Assembly: GCA_965655095.1 (NCBI GenBank)
Contig: OZ296652.1
Coordinates: 60,078,001 to 60,142,000 of the forward strand
Direction: 5' to 3'
Source: Haplodiscus bocki
Taxonomy: Eukaryota
DNA: 64,000 bases
Numbering within the stretch: the first letter of the stretch is position 1; the number at the start of each line of letters is the position of its first letter. Shown here piece by piece: positions 38,581 through 53,952 of the stretch. A model generated the notes under the pieces. It saw only the letters and a program-made list of their open reading frames with translations. It was not told where the DNA came from and did not search any database. A program made the translations under genes and the position numbers.

Positions 38581-41269
38581 AACAAAAAGCAAAATTAAAC
38601 GTTTTTATGGATTAATACGAGTCGATATTTGATTACTTTGTTTGCACACTTTTGTTTAAAATTAAATTTTTTAAAAAGACTCTTCCCAAAAAAGGACGTG
38701 CTGTGTGAAACTTGATTGAGAATTGGCAAATTGTAAAATTTCTGATCCACATTCTCTCCAATTAAAATATACACTGTCAATTGCAAGAAACTGACTGTTC
38801 TGTGTACTGACGAGTTGCTTTAGACTATAATAAAACAATGAGGGTCACCAAACTAGCGGAAAGCTCTTGGGTCTTTCTTGCGTCATCATTATTTGATTCT
38901 GAGTAGCCAATGAGTTTTTTTGTTCAATTTTGTATGAATGTGACCATTTTTTCTCCCACGGTACTGTATTAAGGAATTAAATGGATTTCGTTTCGGTAGA
39001 GGCACAGTATAGATTTTTCCCGCTTGTGTAAGCTTTCTCAAAGCAAGCGGTGTGTCCACCTATGTGTTAAGGTTGCTTATACTTCGTCACTGTACTCGCA
39101 TAAGCTTTGTGTTCAGGTGTTCATTTTGATAGGGGTTCAATCTATTGAAATCAATGAGTGTGATTGGTGGAATAATAACTTGTTTGTCGGTGTATTAGTA
39201 GTCAGGTTCTTGCAAAAAAACAGTTTTGAAAAGTAATAATTAGGCCCAAAAACTCCACAATGTGTCGGATTCAGATCAAGTTTTGTCAATGAGGTCGGTT
39301 TTTGGTTCAAAATTTTTTACAGCCTTTCTGATTTTGCAATTAAAAATTTTTTGTTAAGTTGGACAATGGACAAAATTTTGCATCCACTGAACCTTGTTTG
39401 GACACATTTCTCTGTGTGAAGATTTCAAAGTTTTGCACTTTCGGGTACTTTTTAAAAAGCAAGTTTCTGACGCACCTTTTACTGTGAAAGCTAATTTCTG
39501 AATAAAAATAATTACATAAAATTGGAATATGGAACGAGTTTTCAATTTCTTTCCTGACTTTTAATATCGATTTTTTCTAAAACAGAAACAGATTTGAAAC
39601 AACACTGAACCGGCGAGAAAAAGAGATCACGTTTTGACACCTTTTGTTCCTAAAACGTCAATTTTTCTTTTTTTATGCTTTCTGAAGAATCATGAATCTA
39701 AGACATTTTTTTCAAAATACCTTACTTTGAAATAAATTTTTGACGTCTTAGTAGACTTTGAATCAACTGTTTTATGTCGTGTCAGATTTCGAATCATAAT
39801 GTTTACAACGCGGTAGACATTGACTCAACACTTTCACAACCTAACAAATCTTGCTGAGAGAAAGTTTTCAAAAAAAGCAAAAATTGTTTGAAACTTTCTT
39901 TCAATTTACCAAGTACTGCTTTTATTCGCAAAATTAACTGCTTTCGGTTTTTCTGTCCATCAAAAGATAAGTAGTGTTCTTTTCAGTGGAAGCCTGCATT
40001 AGTTTCCATAGATTCGGTACCTCTCCTAAGTGCCTCATAGTTTGGATACCAAGGGCGGTGATTTTCAAAGTCCAATAAAGGTGAAACCATCTTGAACTGA
40101 GGCAGAACAAAATGTATTTCCTCTGAAACAGAACCATTGTTTCATCACAAAGACCATCTTCACCTAAAAACAACATATAATTTTAACCAAATGCAATTCA
40201 AATGTATCTTGTTTTTCTAATTTCGTGACAGGTTAGTGCAAGCAGCGACTTGCTCCTTTTTGTTGAGATACTGACCTTTGAAAAAGTTTTATGAAATTTT
40301 CTTTCAAAAGTCTCTTCTTTACAATAAATAAATTTTTCCACGCTTTTTTATAGGTTGAAACCAACAACTCTCTGTACATTGACAAGCACATCTTCCTATT
40401 TTGTATTGTTGTTGGCACTGAATTGATACCTAAATACAAAAAAAGCAGTATATATGTTTATGGGTGATGCGGAGTGTATCTAACTTTACCAGTAGATGCT
40501 TAACTTTGTTTTTTGTTGAGAATGCAAAAGTGAAAACCGTGAACAAATTAGGCGCAAACCATCGTGTTAGGCAACACGGTGATCTCAAAACATGAAGTAT
40601 CTCTCAAAAGCGTTTCCAGGTAACAATGCTTTCTGTGCTGCACTTTGGGTCAAAACTGGGAACCACCCGTAGCAATAAAGGTGCCAACTGATTGTTGGAA
40701 TGTTTGTGAAATAACTTTTTCTGAAGGTAAGTTTTTCGATGTTCAAGAAAAAGATCAATAAAAAGAAATGGTTTTAACAGTTCTTTCTAATGGACGGTGC
40801 CGTAATTGACGTAGATTGAAAACTTTTTGTTTATGAGGAATTGGACTGTGGTATTGTTACAAATTAGAAAAAAAAAGAATTCATTTTTTGAAGCTTCTCG
40901 TTGCGGAACCCGCTTTCAAGTAAAAGAATTTAGAAATTAATTCAACAACCTGCACTTTGAAGAATTGCGTCGAGAAGTGTTGAGGGAAAGAAATTTAAAA
41001 ACAGGCAGAACTTTTGTTTTCACCAATTCATTGTTGCCCAAAACAATTTTTATTGTAAATTTAATCAATCTCGAAAAACAAGTCAACTTGTATGCTCATT
41101 TTTCACATATTATGGAAAAATGACGCTAAGAAACATAGAGGATAAAAACAAAAAATCAGACACAAATGTCAAGATTTTGGTTGAAAGTTTCACAGTGATT
41201 CATGATGTTTCAACAAGAAAAACAGTACATATTTCAGAAGAAATATGTGCAACAGGAAGAGACTCTCCC

Positions 41270-43825
41270 ATATTTAATTACAGATAACGTTACCGATAAA
41301 ATTCTTTTAAAACAATTAACAACCATGTGAGCAGTTTTTGTTGCCTCTGAAAATACAAATCGAGATTTACAAAAGCTAGAAATCGCAATAAAAGTCTTAC
41401 TATGAAGATTGGGAAAAATATTACCATAACTTCCGAAATTTGATTTGCTCAACCGAGTGAATCCAGTATTTGAATTCTTGTTCCGAATCATAGAAGATGG
41501 AAAGTTTGAAAAACTGCACAGCACGAAAACAAAAGTTTTGTAGACTTATTGAAATTTGGGTGTTTCGAAGAAGACATGCGTAGTTGATAGATGTTCTGAA
41601 CAAACTAGATGTGATTCAAATATGTTTCACAGAGAAAGAAAGAGAAAAGAAGAGGTTGAGAGAGACACACAGACAGACAAACATAAAGACAGAAAAACAG
41701 ACATACAGACAGACAGACAGCCAGACACACAGACAGACAACCAGACAGACAGACACACACACACAGACATACACACAGAGAGAAACACAACAAAAAAGGG
41801 CTGTTCACCAAGTTGACAATTTTTTGTGTGTTTGATGCTTCACTCGAAGAAGTACTTATGAGATGCAAGGATGCAGAGTTGCTGAAACCCATTTTGAAGA
41901 ATCAATCATTGAATTGTCACACTTTAAAATACAAACAAGACAGCTTTACAAATATGACTTTCGTATATTTAGAGCACTTGTTTTCTGTTAGCGTGGTAAC
42001 CATAAACTGGAAAAAACTGGAAGAACAAACTTTGAAGAAACTCAATTCACTCACTGCAAGAGTCGGAAGATGCAAACGTAATCGCATTCCATGAACTTGC
42101 GTGAACGATTTTCAAGTTCTTTGGGATTTTCCGCAACATGACTGTTGCGTCTATGAAACAGATTTTGTACACGGAAATCATATAGCTGAACTTGGTAGAC
42201 GAAAGTTGCAAAAACACAAAAAAACTGCGAATATTCGAATACCCTAATCGGATTTGTCTTGTGAGAATATTCAGTGCTCTCTTTACAGTGTTCTGTTTTA
42301 CGTCATGTAACACTTTCAATCAACAAAAAATGAGTTTTGTAGAGACATCCAGTGGGACATAGTGAACAAGTGAACCACGTTTGTACATTGAACGCCTATT
42401 AAGAACGGGAAGTTCCTCCTAAAATGCCGGCCTCTTTTCGGATAGCATAACAAAAAAGCGGTCGCTATCTGCCTTTTCAATCTTTTTTTGAGTTCAAATT
42501 CACTTTTGTGCGAAAACAAAGCTCCTGAGATCCTGAGACACGAGCGATACAACAAAAAAATATTAAATTTTTTCCTATCTGCGTCTTCATACTGTGAAGC
42601 CGGATTAAGCACTCGGTAATCTTTTGCAACTCTGATCCTCAAAACCTTGTTGCAACCTTTAAAGCATCACTCAAAATTCAGGCGTCCCATAGCAGAATGA
42701 ACTTTTCTAAATAAAAAGTAACCCAGATATCGACACAACTACAAAAACCACGTTTGCAAAAAATTGGAGACACTCAACCACCATCATCATCGAGGCGAGC
42801 TGATCAAGTTGGATTAGAGATCAGAGGTTTTCAAGAAGCTAATTTTTAAATGCCAGTCTGTTGAAAACCTCGAAATGCACATGAATCAACTGATTGAGCA
42901 ACAAAAACTTTTGAAGCGTTACTGTAACGCGTTTCCTGTCTCTATTTTTCTCACTTCATAAATGGATATCAATTTGATCAAGTCGTATTCGTGACTTGCA
43001 ATGATCGACTGAAAAGACAATGGAAACAGTGGATCATGAAAAAGCTGTTGAAAAGCTTTATTAAAACTTTTGATGACCTTCACTTCTTGGATATTATGAA
43101 GTTTTTTGGTAGAGCTATAAGTCCTAACTTTATTTTCAAGCCAAAAAGACCTAATAAACGAATGATTGCTCCTTTACGATTTGTTTCATCAACCTGAGAA
43201 GATGAAAAACACGGAAACCCGTCTATTTTGCGCTTTTCACGGGAAACTCTGTATCCCTAATCATCCTGAAGCAAAATGGACGAAAGATGCCATTTTGTTG
43301 AGAAGTTCCATCACAGCAGTGCAAATTGCTGCCAAATTGAAGCTGTCAAAACGTCAACTTCGAAAAGCAACTTGTTCACAAAAGAAAATCAAGCACCTCG
43401 CCAATTGCACGAAGTATAACTTGCGACATCAGAAGTTGAACTCAAGGAGCCGGGTATTGCTAGACTTTTTAATTTTGTTCAGTATGGAAAACTACCGATT
43501 TAGGAGACCTATTACAACCTCTTCAGACTTTTTTGTGGTACTAGGTTTTTGGGGAGTGGGAAATAGATACAGATTCTCTTTATCCTGCTGTTGCCGAAAC
43601 AGAACTCACGCATCGCATCGGAATTAAAATGAAAGCAGAATGGAAGATTTTGCGACACAGTGGCAACTACAAAGAAATCGTTGCGGAAACAAAAGGCACT
43701 TTTTCCCCAACGCTTGATGCAATACACACATAAAGCACAGTAGGAGAGACGCAAGTCTTTTCAAAGAATATTTCAAGATTCTTAAAAGAGATGCTGTGCT
43801 TTTCTATTAAAAACTGTTGTTGCTC
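41270..43825 (+). pseudogene. Internally deleted pPolB remnant (unit 1; repeated in each unit)
   Basis: DVLNK.DVIQ, LMRCKDAELLKPILKN, FCNSDPQNLV, LKRYCNAFPV, FLDIMKFFG, KLKLSK, SEVELKEP, EIDTDSLY (43560; catalytic DTDS motif) and LFKEYF. Frameshifted. Confidence 0.85.
41630..41790. repeat. Compound (AG)/(ACAG)/(AC) microsatellite inside pPolB; also at ~44700-44835, 47728-47870, 50761-50905, 53802-53960 and 56861-gap
   Basis: Read directly; length and composition differ per unit. Confidence 0.95.
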
Positions 43826-46800
43826 AAATGTCTAGTAAAACATGTTGATGTGTTGCAACAAATGTCTCAGGAAACAAATACCGGAACGAAGCGGTGTCGG
43901 AGCTCCACAAAAGCATCGGAACGTTTTTGATAAGACAATGATGGTTTCAGCGGCAGTAGCTTTATGACAAATTGTCACACCGTTTCAACATAATAACAAC
44001 CTAGACCAGATTTTTTTTCATCCCATAAGGACTGTTGAGGACATTGGAGTTCGGACATAACCAGTGAAATTGTAATTGAACTTTTTTGTCAAAAATTTTC
44101 TTAATTGTGTTTGATGCGTGTTTACGTCTCAGTAAACATTTCGGTTTTCTATTTGTTTCTTTGTTTCAACCCAACTCAGGTAACACTAAGACTTGCAAGA
44201 TACATAGTGGACAAAAACAAAAATTCAGACACAATTGTCAAGAATTTGGTTGAAAGCTTCACAGTGATTCATAATGTTTCAACAAGAAAAACAGTACAAT
44301 TTTCAGAAGAAATATGTGCAACAGGAAGAGACTCTCCCATATTTAATTACAGATAACTTTACCGATAAAATTCTTTTAAAACAATTAACAACCATGTGAG
44401 CAGTTTTTGTTGCCTCTGAAAATACAAATCGAGATTTAGAAATCTAGAAATCGCAATAAAACTCTTACTATGAAGATTGGGGAAAAAATTACCATATCTT
44501 CAGAAACTTGATTTGCTCAACCGAGTGAATCCACTATTTGAATTCTTGTTCCGAATCATAGAAGATGGAATGTTTGAAGAACTGCAAAGCACGAAAACAA
44601 TAGTTTTGTAGACTGATTGAAATTTGGGTTTTTGGAGAAGACATGACGTAGTTGATAGATGTTCTGAACAAAACAGATGTGATTCAAATATGTTTCACAG
44701 AGAAAGAAAGAGAAAGGAAGAGATTGAGAGAGACACACATACAGACAAACAGAAAGACAGACAGACAGACATACAGACAGACAACCAGACAGACAGACAC
44801 ACACACACAGACATACACACAGAGAGAAACACAACAAAAAAGGGCTGTTCTCCAAGTTGACAATTTTTTTTGTGTTTGATGTTTCACTCAAAGAAGTACT
44901 TATGAGCTGCAAGGATGCAGAGTTGCTGAAAGCCATTTTGAAGAATCAATCATTGAATTGTCACACTTTAAAATACAAACAAGACAGCTTTACAAAGATG
45001 GCTTTCGTAAATTTAGAGCACTTGTTTTCTGTTAGCGTGGTAACCATAAACTGGAAGAAACTGGAAGAACAAACTTTGAAGAAATTCAATTCACTCACTG
45101 CAAGAATCGGAAGATGCAAACGTAATCGCATTCCATGAACTTGTATGAACAATTTTCAAGTTGTATGGGATTTTCCGCAACATGATTGTTCTGTTTATGA
45201 GACAGATTTTGTACACGGAAATCATATAGCTGAACTTGGTAGACGAAAGTTGCAAAAACACAAAATACTGCAAAAAATTCGAATACCCCAATCGGGTTTG
45301 TTTTGTGAGAATACTCAGTCCTCTCTTTACAGCGTTCTGTTTTACGTCATGTAATACCTTCATCAACAAAGAATGAGTTTTGTAGAGACATCCAATTGGA
45401 CAAAGTGAACAAGTGAACCACGTTTGTACATTGAACGCCTATTAAAAACGGGAAATTCCTCCTAAAATGCTGGCCTCTTTTCGGATAGCATACCAAAAAA
45501 GCGGTCGCTATCTATTTTTTTAATCTTTTTTTGAGTTGAAATTCAGTTTTGTGCGAGAACAAATCTCCTGAGACACAACCGATTAAAAAAATATCTTTTT
45601 TCCTATCTGCGTCTTCATACTGTGAAGCCGGATTAAGCACTCGGTTATCTTTTGCAACTCTGATCCTCAAAACCTTGTTGCAATCTTTAAAGCATCACTC
45701 AAAATTCAGGCGTCCCATAGCAGAATGAACTTTTCTAAATAAAAAGTAACCCAGATATCGACACAACTACAAAAACCACGTTTGCAAAAAATTGGAGACA
45801 CTCAACCACCATCATCATCGAGGCGAGCTGATCAAGTTGGATTTGAGATCAGAGGCTTTCAAGAAGCTAATTTTTAAATGCCAGTCTGTTGAAAACCTCG
45901 AAATGCACATGAATCAACTGATTGAGCAACAAAAACTTCTGAAGCGTTACTGTAACGCGTTTCCTGTCTCTATTTTTCTCACTTCATAAATGGATATCAA
46001 TTTGATCAAGTCGTATTCGTGACCTGCAATGATCGACTGAAAAGACAATGGAAACAGTGGATCATGAAAAAGCTATTGAACAGCTTTATTAAAACTTTTG
46101 ATGACCTTCACTTCTTGGATATTATGAAGTTTTTTGGTAGAGCTATAAGTCCTAACTTTATTTTCAAGCCAAAAAGACCTAATAAACGAATGATTGCTCC
46201 TTTACGATTTGTTTCATCAACCTGAGAAGATGAAAAACACGGAAACCCGTCTATTTTGCGCTTTTCACGGGAAACTCTGTATCCCTAATCATCCTGAAGC
46301 AAAATGGACGAAAGATGCCATTTTGTTGAGAAGTTCCATCACAGCAGTGCAAATTGCTGCCAAATTGAAGCTGTCAAAACGTCAACTTCGAAAAGCAACT
46401 TGTTCACAAAAGAAAATCAAGCACCTCGCCAATTGCACGAAGTATAACTTGCGACATCAGAAGTTGAACACAAGGAGTCGGGTATTGCTAGACTTCTTAT
46501 TTTTGTTCACTATGGAAAACTACCGATTTAGGAGATCTATTACAACTTCTTCAGACCCTTTTGTGGTACTAGGTTTTTGGGGAGTGGGAAATTGATACAG
46601 ATTCTCTTTATCCTGCTGTTGCCGAAACAGAGCTCACGCATCGCATCGGAATTAAAATGAAAGCAGAATGGAAGATTTTGCGACACAGTGGCTACTACAA
46701 AGAGTTCGTTGCGGAAGCAAAAGGCACTTTTTCCCCAACGCTTGATGCAATACACACATAAAGCACAGTAGGAGAGACGCAAGTCTTTTCAAAGAATATT

Positions 46801-49800
46801 TCAAGATTCTTAAAAGAGATGCTGTGCTTTTCTAGTAAAAACTGTTGTTGCTCAAATATCTAGTAAAACATGTTGATGTGTTGCAACAAATGTCTCAGGA
46901 AACAAATACCGGAACGAAGCGGTGTCGGAGCTCCACCAAAGCATCGGAACGTTTTTGATAAGACAATGATGGTTTCAGCGGCAGTAGCTTTATGACAAAT
47001 TGTCACACCGTTTCTACATAATAACAAACTAGACCAGATTTTTTTTCATCCCATAAGGACTGTTGAGGACATTGGAGTTCGGACACAACCAGTGAAATTG
47101 TAATTGAACTTTTTTGTCAAAAATTTTCTTAATTGTGTTTGATGCGTGTTTACGTCTCAGTAAACATTTCGGTTTTCTATTTGTTTCTTTGTTTCAACCC
47201 AACTCAGGTAACACTAAGACTTGCAAGATACATAGTGGACAAAAACAAAAATTCAGACACAATTGTCAAGAATTTGGTTGAAAGCTTCACAGTGATTCAT
47301 AATGTTTCAACAAGAAAAACAGTACAATTTTCAGAAGAAATATGTGCAACAGGAAGAGACTCTCCCATATTTAATTACAGATAACTTTACCGATAAAATT
47401 CTTTTAAAACAATTAACAACCATGTGAGCAGTTTTTGTTGCCTCTGAAAATACAAATCGAGATTTAGAAATCTAGAAATCGCAATAAAACTCTTACTATG
47501 AAGATTGGGGAAAAAATTACCATATCTTCAGAAACTTGATTTGCTCAACCGAGTGAATCCACTATTTGAATTCTTGTTCCGAATCATAGAAGATGGAAAG
47601 TTTGAAGAACTGCAAAGCACGAAAACAATAGTTTTGTAGACTGATTGAAATTTGGGTTTTTTGAAGAAGACATGACGTAGTTGATAGATGTTCTGAACAA
47701 AACAGATGTGATTCAAATATGTTTCACAGAGAATGAAAGAGAAAGGAAGAGGTTGAGAGAGACACACATACAGACAAACAGAAAGACAGACAGACAGACA
47801 TACAGACAGACAACCAGACAGACAGACAGACAGACACACACAGACACACAGAGAGAGAGAGAGACAACAAAAAAGTGCTGTTCTCCAAGTTGACAATTTT
47901 TTTTGTGTTTGATGTTTCACTCAAAGAAGTACTTATGAGCTGTAAAGATGCAAAGTTGCTGAAAGCCATTTTGAAGAATCAATCATTGAATTGTCACACT
48001 TTAAAATACAAACAAGACAGCTTTACAAAGATGACTTTCGTATATTTAGAGCACTTGATTTCTGTTAGCGTGGTAACCATAAACTGGAAGAAACTGGAAG
48101 AACAAATTTTGAAGAAACGCAATTCACTCACTGCAAGAGTCGGAAGATGCAAACGTAATCGCATTCCATGAACTTGTGTGAACGATTTTCAAGTTGTTTG
48201 GGATTTTCCGCAACATGACTGTTGCATTTATGAAACAGATTTTGTACACCGAAATCATATAGCTGAACTTGGTAGACGAAAGTTGCAAAAACACAAAAAA
48301 CTTCGAAAACTCGGATACCCCAATCGCGTGTGTTTGTGAGAATATTCAGTGCTCTCTTCACAGTGTTCTGTTTTACGTCATGTAACACTTTCAATCAACA
48401 AAAAATGAGTTTTGTAGAGACATCCAGTGGGACATAGTGAACAAGTGAACCACGTTTGTACAATGAACGCCTATTAAAAACGGGACGTTCCTCCTAAAAT
48501 GCCGGCCTCTTTTCGGATAGCATACCAAAAAAGCGGTCGCTATCTATTTTTTAAATCTTTTTTTGAGTTGAAATTCATTTTTGTGCGAGAACAAAGCTCC
48601 TGAGACACAACCGATTAAAAAAATATCTTTTTTCCTATCTGCGTCTTCATACTGTGAAGCCGGATTAAGCACTGGGTTATCTTTTGCAACTCTGATCCTC
48701 AAAATAATTGTTGCAACCTTTAAAGCATCACTCAAAATTCAGGCGTCCCATAGCAAAATGAACTTTTTTAAATAAAAAGTAACCCAGATATCGACACAAT
48801 TATAAAAATCACATTTGCAAAAAATTGGAAACACTCAACCACCATCATAATCGAGGCGAGCTGATCAAGTTGGATTTGAGATCAGAGGCTTTCAAGAAGC
48901 TAATTTTTAAATGCCAGTCTGTTGAAAACCTCGAAATGCACATGAATCAACTGATTGAGCAACAAAAACTTCTGAAGCGTTACTGTAACGCGTTACTTGT
49001 CTCTATTTTTCTCACTTCATAAATGGATATCACCTTGATCAAGTCGTATTTGTGACTTGCAATGATCGACTAAAGAGACAATGGAATCTGTGGATCATGG
49101 AAAAGCTAATGAAAAGCTTTATCAAAACTTTTGATGACCTTCACTTCTTGGATATTATGAAATTTTTTGGTAGAGCTATAAGTCCTAACTTTATTTCCAA
49201 GACAAAAAGACCTCATAAACGAATGACTGCTCCTTTGCGATTTGTTTCATCAACCTGAGAAGATGAAAAACACGGAACTCCGTCCATTTTGCGCTTTTCA
49301 CGGGAAACTCTGTATCCCTAATCCTCCTGAAGCAAAATGGACGAAAGATGCCATTTTGTTGAGAAGTTCCATCACAGCAGTGCAAATTGCTGCCAAATTG
49401 AAGTTGTCAAAACGTCAGCTTCGAAAAGCAACTTGTTCACAAAAGAAAATCAATTACCCCGCCAATTGTACGAAGTATAACTTGCGACATCAGAAGTTGA
49501 ACACAAGGAGTCGGGTATTGCTAGACTTCTAATTTTTGTTCACTATGGAAAACTACCGATTTAGGAGATCTATTACAACTTCTTCAGACCCTTTTGTGGT
49601 ACTAGGTTTTTGGGGAGTGGGAAATTGATACAGATTCTCTTTATCCTGCTGTTGCCGAAACAGAGCTCACGCATCGCATCGGAATTAAAATGAAAGCAGA
49701 ATGGAAGATTTTGCGACACAGTGGCTACTACAAAGAGTTCGTTGCGGAAGCAAAAGGCACTTTTTCCCCAACGCTTGATGCAATACACACATAAAGCACA

Positions 49801-52800
49801 GTAGGAGAGACGCAAGTCTTTTCAAAGAATATTTCAAGATTCTTAAAAGAGATGCTGTGCTTTTCTAGTAAAAACTGTTGTTGCTCAAATATCTAGTAAA
49901 ACATGTTGATGTGTTGCAACAAATGTCTCAGGAAACAAATACCGGAACGAAGCGGTGTCGGAGCTCCACCAAAGCATCGGAACGTTTTTGATAAGACAAT
50001 GATGGTTTCAGCGGCAGTAGCTTTATGACAAATTGTCACACCGTTTCTACATAATAACAAACTAGACCAGATTTTTTTTCATCCCATAAGGACTGTTGAG
50101 GACATTGGAGTTCGGACACAACCAGTGAAATTGTAATTGAACTTTTTTGTCAAAAATTTTCTTAATTGTGTTTGATGCGTGTTTACGTCTCAGTAAACAT
50201 TTCGGTTTTCTATTTGTTTCTTTGTTTCAACCCAACTCAGGTAACACTAAGACTTGCAAGATACATAGTGGACAAAAACAAAAATTCAGACACAATTGTC
50301 AAGAATTTGGTTGAAAGCTTCACAGTGATTCATAATGTTTCAACAAGAAAAACAGTACAAATTTCAGAAGAAATATGTGCAACAGGAAGAGACTCTCCCA
50401 TATTTAATTACAGATAACTTTACCGATAAAATTCTTTTAAAACAATTAACAACCATGTGAGCAGTTTTTGTTGCCTCTGAAAATACAAATCGAGATTTAG
50501 AAATCTAGAAATCGCAATAAAACTCTTACTATGAAGATTGGGGAAAAAATTACCATATCTTCAGAAACTTGATTTGCTCAACCGAGTGAATCCAGTATTT
50601 GAATTCTTGTTCCGAATCATAGAAGATGGAAAGTTTGAAGAACTGCAAAGCACGAAAACAATAGTTTTGTAGACTGATTGAAATTTGGGTTTTTTGAAGA
50701 AGACATGACGTAGTTGATAGATGTTCTGAACAAAACAGATGTGATTCAAATATGTTTCACAGAGAAAGAAAGAGAAAGGAAGAGGTTGAGAGAGACACAC
50801 ATACAGACAAACAGAAAGACAGACAGACAGACATACAGACAGACAACCAGAGAGACAGACAGACACACACAGACACACACACAGAGAGAGAGAGAGAGAC
50901 AACAAAAAAGGGCTGTTCTCCAAATTGACAATTTTTTTTGTGTTTGATGCTTCACTCAAAGAAGTACTTATGAGCTGCAAGGATGCAGAGTTGCTGAAAG
51001 CCATTTTGAAGAATCAATCATTGAATTGTCACACTTTAAAATACAAACAAGACAGCTTTACAAAGATGACTTTCGTATATTTAGAGCACTTGTTTTCTGT
51101 TAGCGTGGTAACCATAAACTGGAAGAAACTGGAAGAACAAACTTTGAAGAAATTCAATTCACTCACTGCAAGAGTCGGAAGATGCAAACGTAATCGCATT
51201 CCATGAACTTGTATGAACAATTTTCATGTTGTATGGGATTTTCCGCAACATGATTGTTCTGTTTATGAAACAGATTTTGTACACCGAAATCATATAGCTG
51301 AGCTTGGTAGACGAAAGTTGCAAAAACACAAAAAACTTCGAAAATTCGAATAAACCAATCGCGTGTGTTTTGTGAGAATATTCAGTGCTCTCTTTAAAGT
51401 GTTCTGTTTTACGTCATGTAACACCTTCATCAACAAAAAATGAGTTTTGTAGAGACATCCAGTGGGACATAGTGAACAAGTGAACCACGTTTGTACAATG
51501 AACGCCTATTAAAAACGGGAAGTTCCTCCTAAAATGCCGGCCTCTTTTCGGATAGCATACCAAAAAAGCGGTCGCTATCTATTTTTTAAATCTTTTTTTG
51601 AGTTGAAATTCACTTTTGTGCGAGAACAAAGCTCCTGAGACACAACCGATTCAAAAAAAAATAACTTTTTTCCTATCTCCGTCTTCATACTGTGAAGCTT
51701 GATTAAGTACTCGGTTATCTTTTGCAACTCTGATCCTCAGAACCTTGTTGCAACCTTTAAAGCATCACTCAAAATTCAGGCGTCCCATAGCAGAATGAAC
51801 TTTTCTAAATAAAAAGTAACCCAGATATCGACACAATTATAAAAATCACATTTGCAAAAAATTGGAAACACTCAACCACCATCATAATCGAGGCGAGCTG
51901 ATCAAGTTGGATTCGAGATCAGAGGTTTTCAAGAAGCTAATTTTTAAATGCCAGTCTGTTGAAAACCTCGAAATGCACATGAATCAACTGATTGAGCAAT
52001 GAAAACTTCTGAAGCGTTACTGTAACGCGTTACCTGTCTCTATTTTTCTCACTTCATAAATGCATATCACCTTGATCAAGTCGTATTTGTGACTTGCAAT
52101 GATCGACTAAAGAGACAATGGAATCAGTGGATCATGAAAAAGCTAATGAAAAGCTTTATCAAAACTTTTGATGACCTTCACTTCTGGGATATTATGAAAT
52201 TTTTTGGAAGAGCTTTAAGTCCTAACTTTCTTTCCAAGCCAAAAAGACCTCATAAACGAATGATTGCTCCTTTACGATTTGTTTCATTAAAATGAGAAGA
52301 TGAAAAACACGGAACTCCGTCCATTTTGCGCTTTTCACCTAAAACTCTGTATCCCTAATCCTCCTGAACCAAAATGAACGAAAGATGCCATTTTGTTGAG
52401 AAGTTCCATCACAGCAGTACAAACTGCCGCCAAATTGAAGCTGTCAAAACGTCAGCTTCGAAAAGCTACTTGTTCACAAAAGAAAATCAAGCACCTCGCC
52501 AATTGCACGAAGTATAACTTGCGACATCAGAAGTTGAACTCAAGGACCCGGGTATTGCTAGACTTTTAATTTTGTTCAGTATGGAAAACTATGGATTTAA
52601 GAGATCTATTACAGTTTCTTCAGACCCTTTTGTGGTACTAGGTTTTTGGGGAGTGGGAAATTGATACAGATTCTCTCTATCCTGCTGTTGCCGAAACAGA
52701 ACTCACGCATCCCATCGGTATTAAAATGAAAGCAGAAAGGAAGATTTTGCGACCCAATGGCTACTACAAAGAGTTCGTTGCGGAAACAAAAGACACTTTT

Positions 52801-53904
52801 TCCCCATCGCTTGATGCAATACACACATAAAGCACAGTAGGAGAAACGCAGGTTTTCAAAGAATATTTCAAATGATTATATACTTAAAGGAGTTGCTGTG
52901 TTTTTGTAGTAAAACTTGTTGTTGCTCAAATATCTAGTAAAACATGTTGAAGTGTTGCAAGAATTGTCTCAGGAAACAAATACCGGAACGAAGCCGTGTC
53001 GGAGCTCCAAAAAGGCATCGGAACGTCTTTGATATAACAATGAAAATTTCAGCAGCTGAGGTTTTATGACATATTGTCACAACGTTGCAACATAATAACA
53101 ACCTAGACCAGATTTTTTTCATCCCATAAGGACTGTTGAGGACATTGGAGTTCGGACGCAACCAGTGAAATTGTAATTGAACTTTTTTGTCAATAAATTT
53201 CCCATTTGTGTTTGATGCGTGTTTACGTCTCAGTGAACGTTTCGGTTTTCTATTTGTTTCTTTGTTTCAACCCAACTCAGGTAACACGAAGACTTGCAAG
53301 ATACATAGTGTACAAAAAACAAAAATTCAGACACATTTGTCAAGAATTTGGTTGAAAGTTTCACAGTGATTCATAATGTTTCAACAAGAAAAACAGTACA
53401 ATTTTCAGAAGAAATATGTGCAACAGGAAGAGACTCTCCCATATTTAAATACAGATAACTTTACCGATGAAATTCTTTTAAAACAATTAACAACCATGTG
53501 AGCAGTTTTTGTTGCCTCTGAAAATACAAATCGAGATTTGAAAAACTAGAAACCGTAAAAAAACTCCTACTATGAAGATTGGGGAAAAATTTACCATATC
53601 TTCAGAAACTTGATTTGCTCAACCGAGTGAAACCAGTATTTGAATTCTTGTTCCGATTCATAGAAGATGGAAAGTTTGAAAAACTGCACAGAACGAAAAC
53701 AATAATTTTGTAGACTGATTGAAATTTGGGTGTTCTGAAGAAGACATGACGTAGTTGATAGATGTTCTGAACAAAACAGATGTGATTCAATCATGTTTCA
53801 CAGAGAAAGAAAGAGAAAGGAAGAGGTTGAGAGAGACACACAGACAGACAAACATAAAGACAGACAGACAGACATACAGACAGACAGCCAGACAGACAGA
53901 CAGA

Positions 53905-53952
<48 letters not shown>

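Noticed and set aside
41556-41892. TDRQ/VCLS-rich ORFs (also in the other array units)
   Set aside because: Translations of the microsatellite.
52934-53161. SPYG-containing ORF superficially like chitin synthase 'TPYGGRL'
   Set aside because: No KRWSQ or other synthase motifs follow; treated as an unknown remnant.
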